A stretch of 64,000 nucleotides of DNA from a bacterium (GCA_963676395.1 OY781066.1:704001-768000); one strand, 5' to 3'; positions 38,801 through 52,911 are shown, counted from the stretch's first letter. Notes: a model not told the origin generated them from the sequence alone. Made by a program: numbers and translations.

Positions 38801-40033
38801 TTAACTATCGCTTAAGATATAGTCCTTTTTACCGCTTACAACATCCTTATCTATGCTCACCTTTGATACATTCTCCATATCTGGAGCTTTGTACATAAGA
38901 TCCAACATGAGATTCTCCATCACAGAACGTAAAGCTCTCGCTCCTGTTTTGCGTGTTTTAGCAAGCTTGGCAATCTCGGTTAATGCGCTCTTCTTTATTT
39001 CAAGCTCAATACCTTCTTGCTTCATAAGAAATTTGTATTGCTTGACCAATGCATTCTTGGGCTTGGTTAAAATAGACATTAAAGCTTTTTCATCCAAATC
39101 ATTCAAACTGGTTACAACAGCCAAACGACCAACCAATTCAGGAATAAATCCATAAGTGATCAAATCTTCGGGTCCAACTTGACCAAGCAATTCATTTTTG
39201 CCTAAGTTTTTTCCTGTTTGCTGTTTTTCTCCAAAGCCTATCTCTTTCTTGCCAATACGACGAGCCACCACATCTTCGATACCATCAAAGGCACCACCGC
39301 AAATAAATAAAATATTGCGCGTGTCTATATGTACCATCTTGGCTTCGGGATGTTTACGTCCACCTTTGGGTGGAACATGCGCAACCGTCCCTTCAAGGAT
39401 CTTTAACAAAGACTGCTGAACACCTTCACCACTGACATCGCGAGTAATAGAGGGATTTGCAGACTTACGTGCAACCTTATCCAATTCATCAAGATAAACA
39501 ATCCCGTATTCTGCTTTCTTGGGATCGTAATCGGCAGCTTGTAAAAGTCTAACAAGAATATTCTCAACATCCTCACCCACATAGCCGGCTTCGGTCAGCA
39601 CAGTGGCATCGGCAATGGCAAAAGGAACCTGCAGCTGCTTTGCCAATGTCTGCGCAATAAGTGTTTTACCCGTCCCGGTAGGTCCAAGAAGCAAGATATT
39701 GCTCTTATCAATCTCGATCTCATCGTTACTACGATGATTCTTAATACGTTTATAGTGGTTATAAACGGCTACCGATACCAATCGCTTGGCATCTTCCTGC
39801 CCGATCACATAGCGATCAAGTTCCGCATGGATCTGTGAAGGTGTGGGAAGGTTTTCCAGATCAAATTCTTCGCTTACAGGATCACGTGCTTCATCCATAC
39901 TGCTTAATATTTCTTCTGCAGAATGAATACACTCATCACAAATAAAAGTTTCTCCCGAAATTCCACTCAATAAAATATTGGCTTCTTCGTCGGGTTTTCC
40001 GCAAAAATGACAGGACTTCTTTTCTTTATCCAT
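38801..40033 (-). CDS. clpX: ATP-dependent Clp protease ATP-binding subunit
   Basis: C4 zinc finger, [34 protein letters not shown] and IGF loop. Confidence 0.97.
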   Translation of the reverse strand: MDKEKKSCHFCGKPDEEANILLSGISGETFICDECIHSAEEILSSMDEARDPVSEEFDLENLPTPSQIHAELDRYVIGQEDAKRLVSVAVYNHYKRIKNHRSNDEIEIDKSNILLLGPTGTGKTLIAQTLAKQLQVPFAIADATVLTEAGYVGEDVENILVRLLQAADYDPKKAEYGIVYLDELDKVARKSANPSITRDVSGEGVQQSLLKILEGTVAHVPPKGGRKHPEAKMVHIDTRNILFICGGAFDGIEDVVARRIGKKEIGFGEKQQTGKNLGKNELLGQVGPEDLITYGFIPELVGRLAVVTSLNDLDEKALMSILTKPKNALVKQYKFLMKQEGIELEIKKSALTEIAKLAKTRKTGARALRSVMENLMLDLMYKAPDMENVSKVSIDKDVVSGKKDYILSDS

Positions 40034-40617
40034 TATGATTTCTTCTTGATCGTTTTATCAATGATACCGTATAATTTCGCTTCAGCGGTTGACATAAAAT
40101 AATCACGTTCGGTATCAGCCTGGATCTTTTTAATATCCTGACCGGTCGCATCCGCCATGATTTTGTTCAAAGTTCCACGTAATTTAAGAATCTCTTTGGC
40201 ATGGATCTCAATGTCCGTCGCCTGACCGCGTGTACCACCCAATGGCTGATGGATCATGACTCGGGCATAAGGAAGCGCAAAGCGTTTGCCCTTTGTGCCT
40301 GCTGCCAGTAAAACCGCTGCCATCGATGCCGCCTGTCCCACACAAATAGTGGAAACATCGCATTTGATGTAATTCATGGTATCATAGATCGCCAAACCGG
40401 ATGTAATAACCCCGCCAGGCGAATTAATGTAAATATTAACATCCTTATCCGGATCTTCGGCTTCAAGAAAAAGTAGCTGAGCAACCACCAATGACGATAC
40501 ATCATCGTTGATCTCACCATTGATAAACACAATGCGTTCTTTCAATAGGCGTGAATAAATATCATAGGAACGTTCACCGCGCCCGTTTTGCTCGACTACC
40601 ATAGGAACTAAGTTCAT
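40033..40617 (-). CDS. clpP: Clp protease proteolytic subunit
   Basis: [21 protein letters not shown] and MIHQP motifs. Confidence 0.97.
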   Translation of the reverse strand: MNLVPMVVEQNGRGERSYDIYSRLLKERIVFINGEINDDVSSLVVAQLLFLEAEDPDKDVNIYINSPGGVITSGLAIYDTMNYIKCDVSTICVGQAASMAAVLLAAGTKGKRFALPYARVMIHQPLGGTRGQATDIEIHAKEILKLRGTLNKIMADATGQDIKKIQADTERDYFMSTAEAKLYGIIDKTIKKKS

Positions 40618-41900
40618 TACTGACCCATTTCCTTTAAGCGTGCTTTGCGTGAAACTCGTTTTGTTTTCATCTTTGCAAAGGACTTGATATGTTCAATGAT
40701 CTTTGAGTTAATGACTTCATCATGCAACTGATCTTTGATCTGAGGTGTTTCGTAGTATTTTTTATAAGTGTCACGAAGTTCTTCATTAACGCCTTTGACC
40801 ATTTCTTCGATCTTAGCATCAATATCTTTGTCTTCGACTTTGATGTCGTTTTCGCTGACAACTTTATTTTTAACCAACTGCCAAACCAAGCTCTTCTTTG
40901 CGGTATCACCATAGTTTTCAACTACGGCTTTTTCATCCATATCTGAGCTTGAAGGATAGCGTTTCTTCATATCTTCGTAGATAGCTTTTGCTTGTTCTTC
41001 GATGACCGATTTAGGTAGTTCAACATCTTTTAATTCTTCAATGAACCAATCGGCAATATCTTCTTCCATTCTAGAATCAGCTTGTTTACCCCAATAATCT
41101 TTCAATTCTTCTTTGATCTTTTTCTTCAATGCTTCAAGATCTTCGGCATCAGGATCAACGGTCTGAGCAAATTCATCATTCAATTCGGGAAGAACATGTT
41201 CTTCAACTGTTTTTACAGTCAATTTAAAGGTATGATCTTCTTCTTGATCATTCTTAAGAATGATCGTGCGTTCTTCACCTGCTTTTACACCGATAAGTTC
41301 TTTTTCGGTTTCGCCATCAAAAGGATCTTTTCCTAACTGGATCTTAGAATCTTTAGCTTCGTTTACGACCTTACCGTCTTTATCTAATTCTTCAACATCA
41401 GCGACAAGATGATTGCCGCTTTTTGCAGCTTCTTCAACCACTTTAACTTCAGCAGCCTGTTCCTGGAGACGAGTCAATGATTCGTTGATATCTTCTTCTT
41501 CGATAGTATAAGAAAGTTTTTCCAGAGGGAAGCCTTCTTGATATTTTGGCATGTCCCATTCAGGCATAACTTCAAATTTAACTTTCAATTTTAAGGGTGT
41601 GCCTTTTTTGAAATCAAGATCAAGCAATTCAGCCTGTGATACGGGATTCAGATCCTTTTCATCCAAAGCTTTACCGTAGTATTCGCTGAAGCTTTCATTG
41701 ATGAAATCATATTCCATCTGAGGTCCGAATTTCTTTTCCAGCATGCTCACAGGAGCTTTGCCGGGGCGGAAACCGGGAAGGGTAATATCTTTTGCAAATT
41801 TCTTTGTAAATTTTTCGTAGTCTTTTTCGATTTCGTCCCACGCGAGTTCAAATTCCAGTTCGCGTTCAATGGGTGACAACTCTTTCAATTCAACTTTCAC
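40617..41900 (-). CDS. tig: Trigger factor
   Basis: PGFRPGKAP ribosome-binding motif; tig-clpP-clpX order. Confidence 0.93.
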   Translation of the reverse strand: MKVELKELSPIERELEFELAWDEIEKDYEKFTKKFAKDITLPGFRPGKAPVSMLEKKFGPQMEYDFINESFSEYYGKALDEKDLNPVSQAELLDLDFKKGTPLKLKVKFEVMPEWDMPKYQEGFPLEKLSYTIEEEDINESLTRLQEQAAEVKVVEEAAKSGNHLVADVEELDKDGKVVNEAKDSKIQLGKDPFDGETEKELIGVKAGEERTIILKNDQEEDHTFKLTVKTVEEHVLPELNDEFAQTVDPDAEDLEALKKKIKEELKDYWGKQADSRMEEDIADWFIEELKDVELPKSVIEEQAKAIYEDMKKRYPSSSDMDEKAVVENYGDTAKKSLVWQLVKNKVVSENDIKVEDKDIDAKIEEMVKGVNEELRDTYKKYYETPQIKDQLHDEVINSKIIEHIKSFAKMKTKRVSRKARLKEMGQ

Positions 41901-41926
41901 AGCTGCTCCTTTGTTTTTAGCCGCCT

Positions 41927-41955
41927 AATATACAATGAGATAGAGCAAAAGTCAA
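41927..41955 (-). promoter_or_regulatory. Sigma70-type promoter of tig-clpP-clpX
   Basis: Minus strand TTGACT-17 nt-TATATT, 26 nt upstream of the GTG start. Confidence 0.6.
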
Positions 41956-42291
41956 AGGCTTATCACGTTGGATATTTTTAAGTGAAAAGCATTAGAACTG
42001 ATTCGGAAGAACTATACTTTTTGCGGAATCGTGGAATCGTAAAAATATTTAAATTATATTTAAGGCTCAAAAATTGATACTAATTAATTTAGCATAGATA
42101 TTTTTAAATACACCAATATGATAATTCATGTATCGATTAAACGATCGAACGATTCCACGATTCCGCTAATCGTTTCAAAAAACACCAATTTTTCTAATGA
42201 TAATTTATTCTAATAGAATTGCTCTAAACTCATTTCGTCCTCATTAATTTACGTCCTACAGCGATTAAACGATTCCGCAATTATGCCTCTT

Positions 42292-42999
42292 CTAAAACAC
42301 CCTCTTTGCATTAAACAAACGATTAGCCTCTTCAAGGCGCTCCGGCGTTCCCAAATCCATCCATAGTCCCTTACTATGATCATAAGCCAATATCTTTTCT
42401 TGTTCGCAAATGCTTAAATAGTGATCGATAATACTAAAGTTACCAGCGGGCATATCGTCAAGTAAACATGGATGTACAATTTGTATACCGCTAAACGCGA
42501 ATTCATTTCCTTCGCGCCCCTTAAGCTCACCTGTACTTTTATTTTTCCAACCACAAAGTCGTTGATTATTAAATAAAAGTTTCCGTTTTGTCTCTCTATC
42601 TCTAACAGCCATCAATACAGCAGCATCTCTTGCAATGAATTCTTTCATCATGGTATTCAAATTGATATCACTTAAAATATCAACATTGTATACCAGGAAT
42701 GGATAATCACCCAAGAATTCCTGTGCATGCTTTAATGCGCCACCACTTCCTTGAATTTCTGTCCTTTCATCGGAGATCACGATATTTAATTCAGGATAGT
42801 TTTCTTGAATAAACTCTTCGATCATATCGGCAAAATGATGCACATTGATCACGATCTCATCAAAACCGTATAATAAAAGTTTTTCTATGGTATGATCAAG
42901 AAGCGGACGACCATTCAAGTCGACAAGTGCTTTAGGCTTATTACTTGTCATTAGCCTGAGGCGTGTACCAAGTCCTGCTGCGAGTATGAGTGCTTTCAT
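42292..42999 (-). CDS. Nucleotidyltransferase, MurU-like
   Basis: ILAAGLGTRLR..T..KPKAL and WMDLGTPE motifs; downstream of AmgK-like kinase. Confidence 0.8.
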   Translation of the reverse strand: MKALILAAGLGTRLRLMTSNKPKALVDLNGRPLLDHTIEKLLLYGFDEIVINVHHFADMIEEFIQENYPELNIVISDERTEIQGSGGALKHAQEFLGDYPFLVYNVDILSDINLNTMMKEFIARDAAVLMAVRDRETKRKLLFNNQRLCGWKNKSTGELKGREGNEFAFSGIQIVHPCLLDDMPAGNFSIIDHYLSICEQEKILAYDHSKGLWMDLGTPERLEEANRLFNAKRVF

Positions 43000-43017
43000 A
43001 ACTTACCTGTTGAAGGG

Positions 43018-43131
43018 TTGAAAGGTTGATTACTTTATGTCATCTCGACCGTAGCCCTATCGGGGCAAGCGAAATTCCTGTTTGAGATTTCTCCATTTCT
43101 CCGTCAGCTGACGAATTCAGTCAAAATGACA
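43018..43131. repeat. MITE-like intergenic repeat (TGTCAT...ATGACA ends)
   Basis: TGTCATCTCGACCG...GAGATTTCTCC...GTCAAAATGACA; related pieces near 50625-50821, 50983-51030 and 51828-51872. Confidence 0.6.
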
Positions 43132-43193
43132 ATCAAGGTGTAAGGAACCCAGAAGCGTCGCGGAGACCGTTCCCTACATACAGTTTTTTATTT

Positions 43194-44609
43194 TTACAAA
43201 TGACTCAAATTTACAACAATATCATCCCGCCTCTTTAAATACTCAGCAAGTTTGACCGCGCAATAAACCGAGCGGTGTCGCCCGCCTGTACAGCCAAAGC
43301 CAACTTCAAGATGCGTGAATTTCCGTTTTACATAATCGTTCACGGTCATTTCTACCATAGCAGTCGCATGATCCAAAAATTCTTTTATATCAGTCTTGGA
43401 TTCTAAAAACTCTATCACCGGCTTATCTTTACCGGTCAGTTCTTTATATTCCTCATAACGCCCCGGATTATATATACCTCGACAATCAAACAAAAATCCG
43501 CCACCATTCCCGGATGTATCTTCAGGTAAGTCACGTTTGTAAGAAAATGATGATACATCAACCGTCAACTTATCGGAATCCGTTCGCCCATATTTCATTA
43601 ATTTTGGTTGTTCGGTTATCTTCTGTAGAACGCTCATAAGCGCGGGAATTTCAATCGGAAGATCAGCATGTTTCAGCAAGTATCTGATATTCTCAATTGC
43701 ATAAGGCACTGATCTTAAAAAATGTTGTTTCTTTTCATAAAAACCACGAAAACCGTAAGCTCCCATGGCTTGCATGATTCTGACAAGTACATAAGCATGA
43801 TAGTACTTAGTAAATTTCTCGCGATCAAATTTGTGATATTTTTTTAATGTATCCAAATAATGATCAAAAAGTATATCTCTAATATGCTGCGGAATATCGG
43901 CTTTGGCATCATACAGCAGTGATGCCACATCATATTGCAATGCGCCATATCGACCACCCTGAAAATCGATAAAACAAGGTTCGCCGTCTTTGACCATAAT
44001 ATTTCTGGACTGAAAATCTCTATACAAAAAATAATCACAATCCGCTTCAAGCAAATAATCGGCAAAGGTATTAAAATCGTTTTCCAACTCCTGCTCATCA
44101 AAGGGGATCTTAGCAAGTTTTAGAAAATAATACTTAAAATAATTTAAATCCCACATGATAGATTGACGGTCAAATTTGTATCGTGGATAACATTTCTTAA
44201 AATCAATACTGGTTCCCGCTTTTAACTGAAACTTGGGTAGTTCTTCCAAAACTTTTTTATATACATCAATCAATTCTTGCGGAAATATACCATTCTTGTA
44301 AACATCACTTAAATAAGCAAAAAGCGTGGTATCACCCAGATCTTCTTGCAAATAAATATTATTATCCAGATCATCCGCGTATATTTCGGGAACCGAAAGA
44401 CCATGCGCACGGAAATGTCGGCAAAAAGAGAGAAAAGCGATATTCTCTTTGCGATCTTCATTATATACAGCAATAATTGTTCGCCCGGATTCACCGGTCA
44501 AACGATAATATTCACGGTAAGAGCCGGAACCCGGCATATCTTTTATTAAAACACATTCCTCATTAAACAAAGATGTATAAAGTTTTTTAAATTGGCGTTT
44601 CTTTTGCAT
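43194..44609 (-). CDS. AmgK-like phosphotransferase fused to RapZ C-terminal domain
   Basis: GSYREYYR, YRDFQSRNIM and IDFQG kinase motifs; C-terminal SFSYK...FDCR...GCTGGRHRSV. Confidence 0.82.
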   Translation of the reverse strand: MQKKRQFKKLYTSLFNEECVLIKDMPGSGSYREYYRLTGESGRTIIAVYNEDRKENIAFLSFCRHFRAHGLSVPEIYADDLDNNIYLQEDLGDTTLFAYLSDVYKNGIFPQELIDVYKKVLEELPKFQLKAGTSIDFKKCYPRYKFDRQSIMWDLNYFKYYFLKLAKIPFDEQELENDFNTFADYLLEADCDYFLYRDFQSRNIMVKDGEPCFIDFQGGRYGALQYDVASLLYDAKADIPQHIRDILFDHYLDTLKKYHKFDREKFTKYYHAYVLVRIMQAMGAYGFRGFYEKKQHFLRSVPYAIENIRYLLKHADLPIEIPALMSVLQKITEQPKLMKYGRTDSDKLTVDVSSFSYKRDLPEDTSGNGGGFLFDCRGIYNPGRYEEYKELTGKDKPVIEFLESKTDIKEFLDHATAMVEMTVNDYVKRKFTHLEVGFGCTGGRHRSVYCAVKLAEYLKRRDDIVVNLSHL

Positions 44610-44618
44610 TCATGTCCT

Positions 44619-45818
44619 TTATTTGCTTAACCAATATTTAGGGTTAAGTTTTTCCTGTTCATGCCATAATTCAAAATGGAGACGTGTGCCATCCATAGAA
44701 CCATTGGAAGATACCGTTGCCAGTTGCTGACCGGCATCGACATACTCATCCTGCATCACATTAATATTTTCAACATGGGAATAGACAGTGTAATAATTGC
44801 CATCATGTAATACGATAATGGTATTCCCGAAACCGCGCAACCAGGTGATAGTGACAACCATACCATCGCTAACTGCTTTAACAGTCGCATCTTGTACGGT
44901 TGCGATCTCTATTCCTGAATTCTCCGTTATCGTACCTAGAACAGGGTGTTTATGTTTCCCGAATGAGCTGACAATTTTACCATGTGCCGGCCAAAGTAAT
45001 TTACCCTTTTTCTGATCAAATGGCAGTGAAACGATCTCACGTTTTTTTCTTTCTTCTTCAAGACGTGTAATATAGGCTTTTTTATCCTTCTGCGTTCTGC
45101 TAATAACTCCCCGGATTTCCTTTATCGAACTTTCTTTGGCTTTGATCTCTTTCGCAATCAATTCACGATCTGCAACAATCTGAGAATATTTAGATTCTTT
45201 ATCTTTTTTTAGTTTTTCCAGGTTTTCTTGTTCGTTCTTTAATTCATTGACCTTTCTGGCAATAGATTTACTTTCCCGATCAATTTGGGAGTTTCGCCTA
45301 TTGATCAATTTCATATTGTCCAATAATTCTTTATATAATTTTCGATCCGCTTCATTCACTGCGGAAATATATTTTATGCGATAATAAAATTCACGAGAAC
45401 TGGCCGCATCAACAAAAAGATCAAGCTGACGCTGAGGCCGAAGTTTATATGCTCTTACCACACGCTTTTTATATCTTTCAAGAAGCAAAATTCTCTCACC
45501 TTTTGCACCTTTATAATCTTTTTCCAATTGTTTCTTTTTCGAACGACGCAAAGAGAGTTCCTTGTTTTGCAATCTGATCTTTTCGTTCGTCAATGAGATC
45601 TGTCTATTGGTATTATCAACTTCCCTGCTCAGGTCATATTCCTGTTGTTGATATTTTTTTTGCTCGGAACGCAGAGCATTCAGCTGTTTTTCCAGCTCTT
45701 TTAATTCATAGGAACTCTGCTGTATCCTGTTATCATACTCCTGCACAGACTGAGCAGATAGCATCGAAAATAGCATCAACAGCAAAAAGGTTATGTATGT
45801 GAAAATTTTGGTTTTCAT
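44619..45818 (-). CDS. Murein hydrolase activator EnvC-like
   Basis: Signal peptide, long coiled coil and degenerate M23 domain (NSGIEI, LHFEL). Confidence 0.85.
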   Translation of the reverse strand: MKTKIFTYITFLLLMLFSMLSAQSVQEYDNRIQQSSYELKELEKQLNALRSEQKKYQQQEYDLSREVDNTNRQISLTNEKIRLQNKELSLRRSKKKQLEKDYKGAKGERILLLERYKKRVVRAYKLRPQRQLDLFVDAASSREFYYRIKYISAVNEADRKLYKELLDNMKLINRRNSQIDRESKSIARKVNELKNEQENLEKLKKDKESKYSQIVADRELIAKEIKAKESSIKEIRGVISRTQKDKKAYITRLEEERKKREIVSLPFDQKKGKLLWPAHGKIVSSFGKHKHPVLGTITENSGIEIATVQDATVKAVSDGMVVTITWLRGFGNTIIVLHDGNYYTVYSHVENINVMQDEYVDAGQQLATVSSNGSMDGTRLHFELWHEQEKLNPKYWLSK

Positions 45819-45982
45819 CTAGATAAAATAAGGAATTTGTAACGGAATAAAAAATAAAACTTGGCTTAGTGGCTCATTGCTTAAACTCCCGAATTTCATT
45901 ATAAATTTTTCTTATTTAGCGTATGATTTTTCAAATCAAAAAAGTATATTTATTTTCTTATAGCAAATGATTCGGAGGAACA

Positions 45983-48316
45983 ATGAAAACAACATTGAAA
46001 ATTTGGACTACCATAATTATATCTATGATCTTATTTGCCTTACCTCTTTGGGCAGATTCCTACACTTGGCTGGAAGTAAACACTCCAGATAAGTATAGTG
46101 TCTTTTCGAATATTGATAATCATGGTGAAAATCTAGTGTGGGCAACATGCACCCAAAATTATTTATCTTCAAGAACATTGATATATAGCAGTGATGGTGG
46201 AAAAAACTGGAGTGAGATCTACACTTTCACAGATGCGGTTCAAGATCTTGATTTCATTTCAGAAAATGTCGGTTTTGCGATCTGTTTTGAAAAAATATTA
46301 AAAACTAATGATGGTGGTAACACATGGAATGAGATATATTCGGGAATTCAATTAACACAACTTTCCGTCGTTTCTGAAAGTGTTATATGGGCCGCCGCGA
46401 CAAAACGTTATGTCATAAGAACCACGGATAGTGGGAATTCTTGGAATGTTGATACCCTAACGACCATGGACCGTAATTTGCTTGATATTTCAGCCATTAA
46501 TACTGACAATGCCTGGGTTATACTTGAAGATCCATATTCAACGACCAATGTATTATATAAAACCAGTGATGCGGGTAGCAGCTGGCAAAGCAAATCTTAT
46601 AAAACGTTAACGGAAATTGAATTGACAAGCTCAGAAATCGGCTATGCTTTATTCGACAATTGGCTTTGGAAGACCACGAACTTTTCATCAAACTGGACTC
46701 GCCAAAGAAGCTTCCCATATGGAAAATTTTTACACTCTGCTGAGGATAATAAACTCTGGATATTTAATAGAGATGCTTATAATTATTTTTATAAAACGGC
46801 TGACGGCGGTGAAACGTGGGTAAAATCGGGACGTGGTTTCGCTTCAAAGAACTTATCATTCATATATAATTACTGTGCGCACGACACGTCTCATGCCTGG
46901 GCTGGTGATTCTGATGATATTTATAAATACGTCCCCTACCCTAATATCGACCTATTATATCCCAATGCCGGAGACAATGTTCACACGGAAGAAACAATTC
47001 AAATTCTTTGGGGATCTCAAACTATAGAGTATATCAATATTTATTATACAAGTGATGGCAGCAATTGGACGCTTATTGAAGATTCAGTAGAAACCGCAAC
47101 TGGCAGTTATTATTGGCAAACACCCACAACTGAGATCACAGACTGCAAAATAAAACTAGAACCATGCAACTCAAGATTCTCATATTACACTACAGAGTCT
47201 GATGGGAATTTTTCAATACTTGCATCACCCATTTCTTATAAAGATTTCGACTTATATAACAGATGTGATTTTTCAGAAAACAATCCTTTAAATGTTTTTG
47301 AGAAAGGTGTTCCCATCCGCATAAAAGTAAAAGTGAAAAATAATCTAACACAAAATCTACTAAGTGCCTCCGGGACATTGTCAAGCGATAGCCCCTACAT
47401 TAACATTACCTCGAATACAACTTCATATAATAACATTCTAAGCAATGGAGAAGAATGGTCTTCCAACGAATTCGAGTTTATCATTCAGAACAATGCCCCC
47501 AATGAATTTACGGTAGATTTTGAATTAAACATCGATGATCAAATCGTAACGGGAGGTCCTTGGGCGTGTAACTTTAGTCTTCCAATTATCCTTAATCCCT
47601 TTGAAATCGGTTTAGTGCTTATCGATGATGATAACAATCCGGATAGCAAGGGTGATAATGACGACATAATTGAAGCAGAAGAGGATGTTGAAATAATACC
47701 TCTCTTAAATAATATAAGTGAAAATGAATATGAGAATGTAGAAGGTAAGTTGTTTGCCCTGTCGGGTGAAATTGATATTTGGAATGCTCGAACAGGAGCA
47801 ACAAATGTGGTTTACGACCACTATCCATACAATGTGATCGCAGGAAAACAAGAAACGGTAACTTCCCTTCAAACAAATATTATGCCGGAACAAGATTATG
47901 TTTTATCATATCGATTTAATGACACCTTTTCCTTCCCCCTGATCATGCAAATAAGTGCGGAGTTACCAAAGTATAACGATATGGAAATGCGTTGGGCAAA
48001 AGAATTTATATTAAACGACTCATATCCAAATGTTGGAATTGATTACTCTGTCCCTGAATCATATTCTTTATCAAATTACCCTAATCCTTTTAACCCATCA
48101 ACTACCATTGATATTAATCTACCTATAAACAATAATGTTAGACTTGACATATTTGATGTAAGCGGTAATTTGCTTGTAAAGCTAATTGATGCATATTATG
48201 AAGCGGGGCATTATTTAATAAATTTTGACGCTGGAACATTACCCAGTGGTATATATATTTATCGCTTAAGCTCTAATAACATGATCCTAAGTAACAAAAT
48301 GCTCTTGATGAAATAA
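45983..48316 (+). CDS. Secreted BNR/YCF48-repeat protein with T9SS-like C-terminal domain
   Basis: Repeated (S/T)xDGGxxW motifs; C-terminal NYPNPFNPSTTI...SGIYIYRL...KMLLMK. Confidence 0.8.
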   Translation: MKTTLKIWTTIIISMILFALPLWADSYTWLEVNTPDKYSVFSNIDNHGENLVWATCTQNYLSSRTLIYSSDGGKNWSEIYTFTDAVQDLDFISENVGFAICFEKILKTNDGGNTWNEIYSGIQLTQLSVVSESVIWAAATKRYVIRTTDSGNSWNVDTLTTMDRNLLDISAINTDNAWVILEDPYSTTNVLYKTSDAGSSWQSKSYKTLTEIELTSSEIGYALFDNWLWKTTNFSSNWTRQRSFPYGKFLHSAEDNKLWIFNRDAYNYFYKTADGGETWVKSGRGFASKNLSFIYNYCAHDTSHAWAGDSDDIYKYVPYPNIDLLYPNAGDNVHTEETIQILWGSQTIEYINIYYTSDGSNWTLIEDSVETATGSYYWQTPTTEITDCKIKLEPCNSRFSYYTTESDGNFSILASPISYKDFDLYNRCDFSENNPLNVFEKGVPIRIKVKVKNNLTQNLLSASGTLSSDSPYINITSNTTSYNNILSNGEEWSSNEFEFIIQNNAPNEFTVDFELNIDDQIVTGGPWACNFSLPIILNPFEIGLVLIDDDNNPDSKGDNDDIIEAEEDVEIIPLLNNISENEYENVEGKLFALSGEIDIWNARTGATNVVYDHYPYNVIAGKQETVTSLQTNIMPEQDYVLSYRFNDTFSFPLIMQISAELPKYNDMEMRWAKEFILNDSYPNVGIDYSVPESYSLSNYPNPFNPSTTIDINLPINNNVRLDIFDVSGNLLVKLIDAYYEAGHYLINFDAGTLPSGIYIYRLSSNNMILSNKMLLMK

Positions 48317-48340
48317 TCATTGATTAAGTATTTAAAATAT

Positions 48341-48366
48341 GAGGAGTTCATTTGAACTCCTTTTTT
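48341..48366 (+). terminator. Intrinsic terminator
   Basis: GGAGTTCA-TT-TGAACTCC plus T tract. Confidence 0.65.
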
Positions 48367-48732
48367 CTATTTTTTATGATATGGTCTGTAAGTTATCCAT
48401 ATAAAACTCTGACATTACGACGTGCTCTCCTTGAATACCGTCACCTTTGGCAAACAAGAAATAAGAATATGTGATTTTAGTATGCTTCAAATATTGTTTA
48501 ATCCTTGTTTGATATTCAATATTTTCTCCTTTGCGAAGAAGTATGGAGCATGGAGTATGGAGCCTCTGATTTCAGAACTCAAATCGCACATCTCAAATTT
48601 CAAATCGATTTAAAATCTAAAATTATCAATCTGCAATCTGCATTTACTTGTCTCTCATAAGTATGGAGTAAAGAGTACATAGTAAGCAAGTGGGTACTTA
48701 CTCCTTAATCCATACTCCTTACTCTAATATAT

Positions 48733-48761
48733 AAAAAAAGCCCCGTCATACTGACGAGGCT
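48733..48761 (-). terminator. Terminator of groEL
   Basis: Plus strand AAAAAAAGCCCCGTCA-TAC-TGACGAGGCT. Confidence 0.7.
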
Positions 48762-48796
48762 CTTCATTATTTGAAATGTCTATAAGACTTTTTCGT

Positions 48797-50500
<1,704 letters not shown>

Positions 50501-51043
50501 TCAAAGCGAAGAAATTTAATCTTATAAACGATTTATATCAAGTCTTTTGTGGGGTGAATCGCTGAATCGTTAAATCGCGGAAACGCGGAATCAGGTAATT
50601 TGTTTACACCCTGTTGCACGGTTTTGTCATTTAGACCGTAATCCACCGGAACACAGGCGAAGGTGGATGAAGTGGCGATATCTCAACTCGGGAATGTCCA
50701 CCCTGCCTGCTTTTAGGATCTTGCCGCAGAAAAAATTATTTACATCATAATCATATTACGCAAACATCTATCTTAACCGTTTGGGATCACTCCACTGCAC
50801 TCCGTTTCGGTCGAGATGACAATATTGATTATTTTCATCAAAATGCGAACCATTTAAAAAGATAACACAAAATATTTACCTAAAAAGGTAAGGAACGGTC
50901 TTGACCGTTCCTTTTCCAATAAAAAAAGGGCCCACGTTCACGCAGGTCCTTGTATTTCATTTCAATCACTTCATCTCATGAATAGATCTCTCCGTTACAG
51001 CTCCTTCGTCGCTTTCGGTCGAGATGGCAGACTACCGGCATTC

Positions 51044-51652
51044 TCATTTCTCAATTGATTTCTCGACTTTCAACTCTCCATCCTCAACTTCTTCGATGGG
51101 CTTTTCATAGCAATGTCGGCATCTTGCTTCGTAAGCTTCACCGGCACCAACCACAACACGCTCGGTGGATTTCGCAAGACGGTATGTATAATTCGCCTGA
51201 GCTCCACAACGCATACAAATGGCATGCATTTTTGTAATATCTTCCGCAATGGCCAAGAGCTGTGGCATAGGTTCAAAAGGAACGGCACGATAATCCATAT
51301 CCAAACCGGCAATAATCACGCGTTTACCGCTATCTGCTAAACTTTGGACGATCTCGATAAGATCATTACCAAAAAATTGAGCCTCATCAATACCAATCAC
51401 CTGAGCAAATATAGCATGTTCCAGGATATCCTTGGCTTCTTTGATCACAATAGAATGAATTTCCTGCTTTGAATGGGAAACGATCTTTTCTTTATCATAA
51501 CGATTGTCAATCTTTGGTTTAAAAACCACAACCTTTTGCTTTGCTATCTGAGCACGACGCAAACGACGAATCAATTCTTCGGTTTTCCCGCTAAACATTG
51601 ACCCGCAAACCACTTCAATATGTCCATTTTGTGGACGCCATCCTGACTGCAT
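51044..51652 (-). CDS. tdk: Thymidine kinase
   Basis: [20 protein letters not shown] and CMRCG...YEARCRHC motifs. Confidence 0.95.
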   Translation of the reverse strand: MQSGWRPQNGHIEVVCGSMFSGKTEELIRRLRRAQIAKQKVVVFKPKIDNRYDKEKIVSHSKQEIHSIVIKEAKDILEHAIFAQVIGIDEAQFFGNDLIEIVQSLADSGKRVIIAGLDMDYRAVPFEPMPQLLAIAEDITKMHAICMRCGAQANYTYRLAKSTERVVVGAGEAYEARCRHCYEKPIEEVEDGELKVEKSIEK

Positions 51653-51887
51653 AATCCCTCTTTATCTTTAACGTTTATCGTTTAATGGTGAGTAGTGAAC
51701 AGTAAACAGTGGTGAGAGGTAATATTCTATTCACGACCGTTCACTACTTACTACTTACTACTTTATTTTTTACCTTCGCCTTGAGCTCAATATTCAAATT
51801 CTATAGCAAGAATTCAACTTATTCATTTGAGATTTTTCCGCTTGCCCCTATGGGGCTTTGGTCGAAATAGCAGCAAACCTTGAGGCC

Positions 51888-52508
51888 TTAATCTTTAAGT
51901 AGCGTTGCAATTTTTGTTCTAAAAAGATCGATCGCCACCTTATTCTTGCCACCTTCGGGAATGATCACATCCGCATAGCGTTTACTTGGTTCAACAAAGG
52001 TTTCATGCATGGGACGAACCGTTTGCATATATTGATCGGTCACATTATCTAGAGCACGACCACGTTTATAAATATCGCGCTTCATTCTACGAATAAATCT
52101 AATATCGGCATCGGTATCCACAAAGATCTTTATATCCAGCATCTCTCGTAGTTTCGGCTCGTAAAGCACCATAATGCCTTCAACAATAATCACTTTTTGT
52201 GGAGCAAACTTTTTAGTTTCTTCCGAACGAGAATGCGTAACATAGTTATACTGAGGAAATTCAACTTCCTCCCCGGCCTTCATTCTATTAATATCTTTAA
52301 TTAAAAGATCAAATTCAACGGAATCAGGATGATCAAAATTCCATTTTGCTCTTTCGTCATGCGGCAAATGTGAAAGGTCTTTATAATACCAATCCTGCTC
52401 AATAATCACAGCTCCATTTAAGTGAAGATCTTTAACCAAGGCTTTTGCCACAGAGGTTTTCCCGGATCCACTCCCGCCGGCAATACCGATTACAATCGTT
52501 TTATCCAT
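51888..52508 (-). CDS. udk: Uridine kinase
   Basis: GIAGGSGSGKT, NFDHP and FVEPSKRYAD motifs. Confidence 0.95.
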   Translation of the reverse strand: MDKTIVIGIAGGSGSGKTSVAKALVKDLHLNGAVIIEQDWYYKDLSHLPHDERAKWNFDHPDSVEFDLLIKDINRMKAGEEVEFPQYNYVTHSRSEETKKFAPQKVIIVEGIMVLYEPKLREMLDIKIFVDTDADIRFIRRMKRDIYKRGRALDNVTDQYMQTVRPMHETFVEPSKRYADVIIPEGGKNKVAIDLFRTKIATLLKD

Positions 52509-52509
52509 C

Positions 52510-52911
52510 TTATCCTAAATCCTTTATTCCAAATGCGTTTGGCAGAAGTGTTTCCGTATCCGTAATTTCTTTGATATTCCCTTTTTCATCGGCGATAATT
52601 ATATCAATATCTCCACAAATATCAAAAATAACCTGACGACAAGCTCCACAAGGAGAGCCGCCCCCGCGAGAAACCACAGCCATCGCACCGAAATCCTTCT
52701 TGCCTTTACCTATAGCTGTAGCAATGGCATTCCGTTCTGCACAAATCGTTAAACCGTAGGATGAACTCTCAACATTCACACCACAGATGATCTCACCATC
52801 ATCGCACAATAAAGCCGCCGCCACCTGAAATTTTGAAAAAGGTGCAAAAGCATTCTCTCGAATATCTAAGGCCGCATTGACTAATTCTTGCTGTTTGTTT
52901 TTATCTATCAT
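52510..52911 (-). CDS. cdd: Cytidine deaminase
   Basis: NVESSSYGLTICAERNA and SPCGACRQ motifs. Confidence 0.95.
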   Translation of the reverse strand: MIDKNKQQELVNAALDIRENAFAPFSKFQVAAALLCDDGEIICGVNVESSSYGLTICAERNAIATAIGKGKKDFGAMAVVSRGGGSPCGACRQVIFDICGDIDIIIADEKGNIKEITDTETLLPNAFGIKDLG

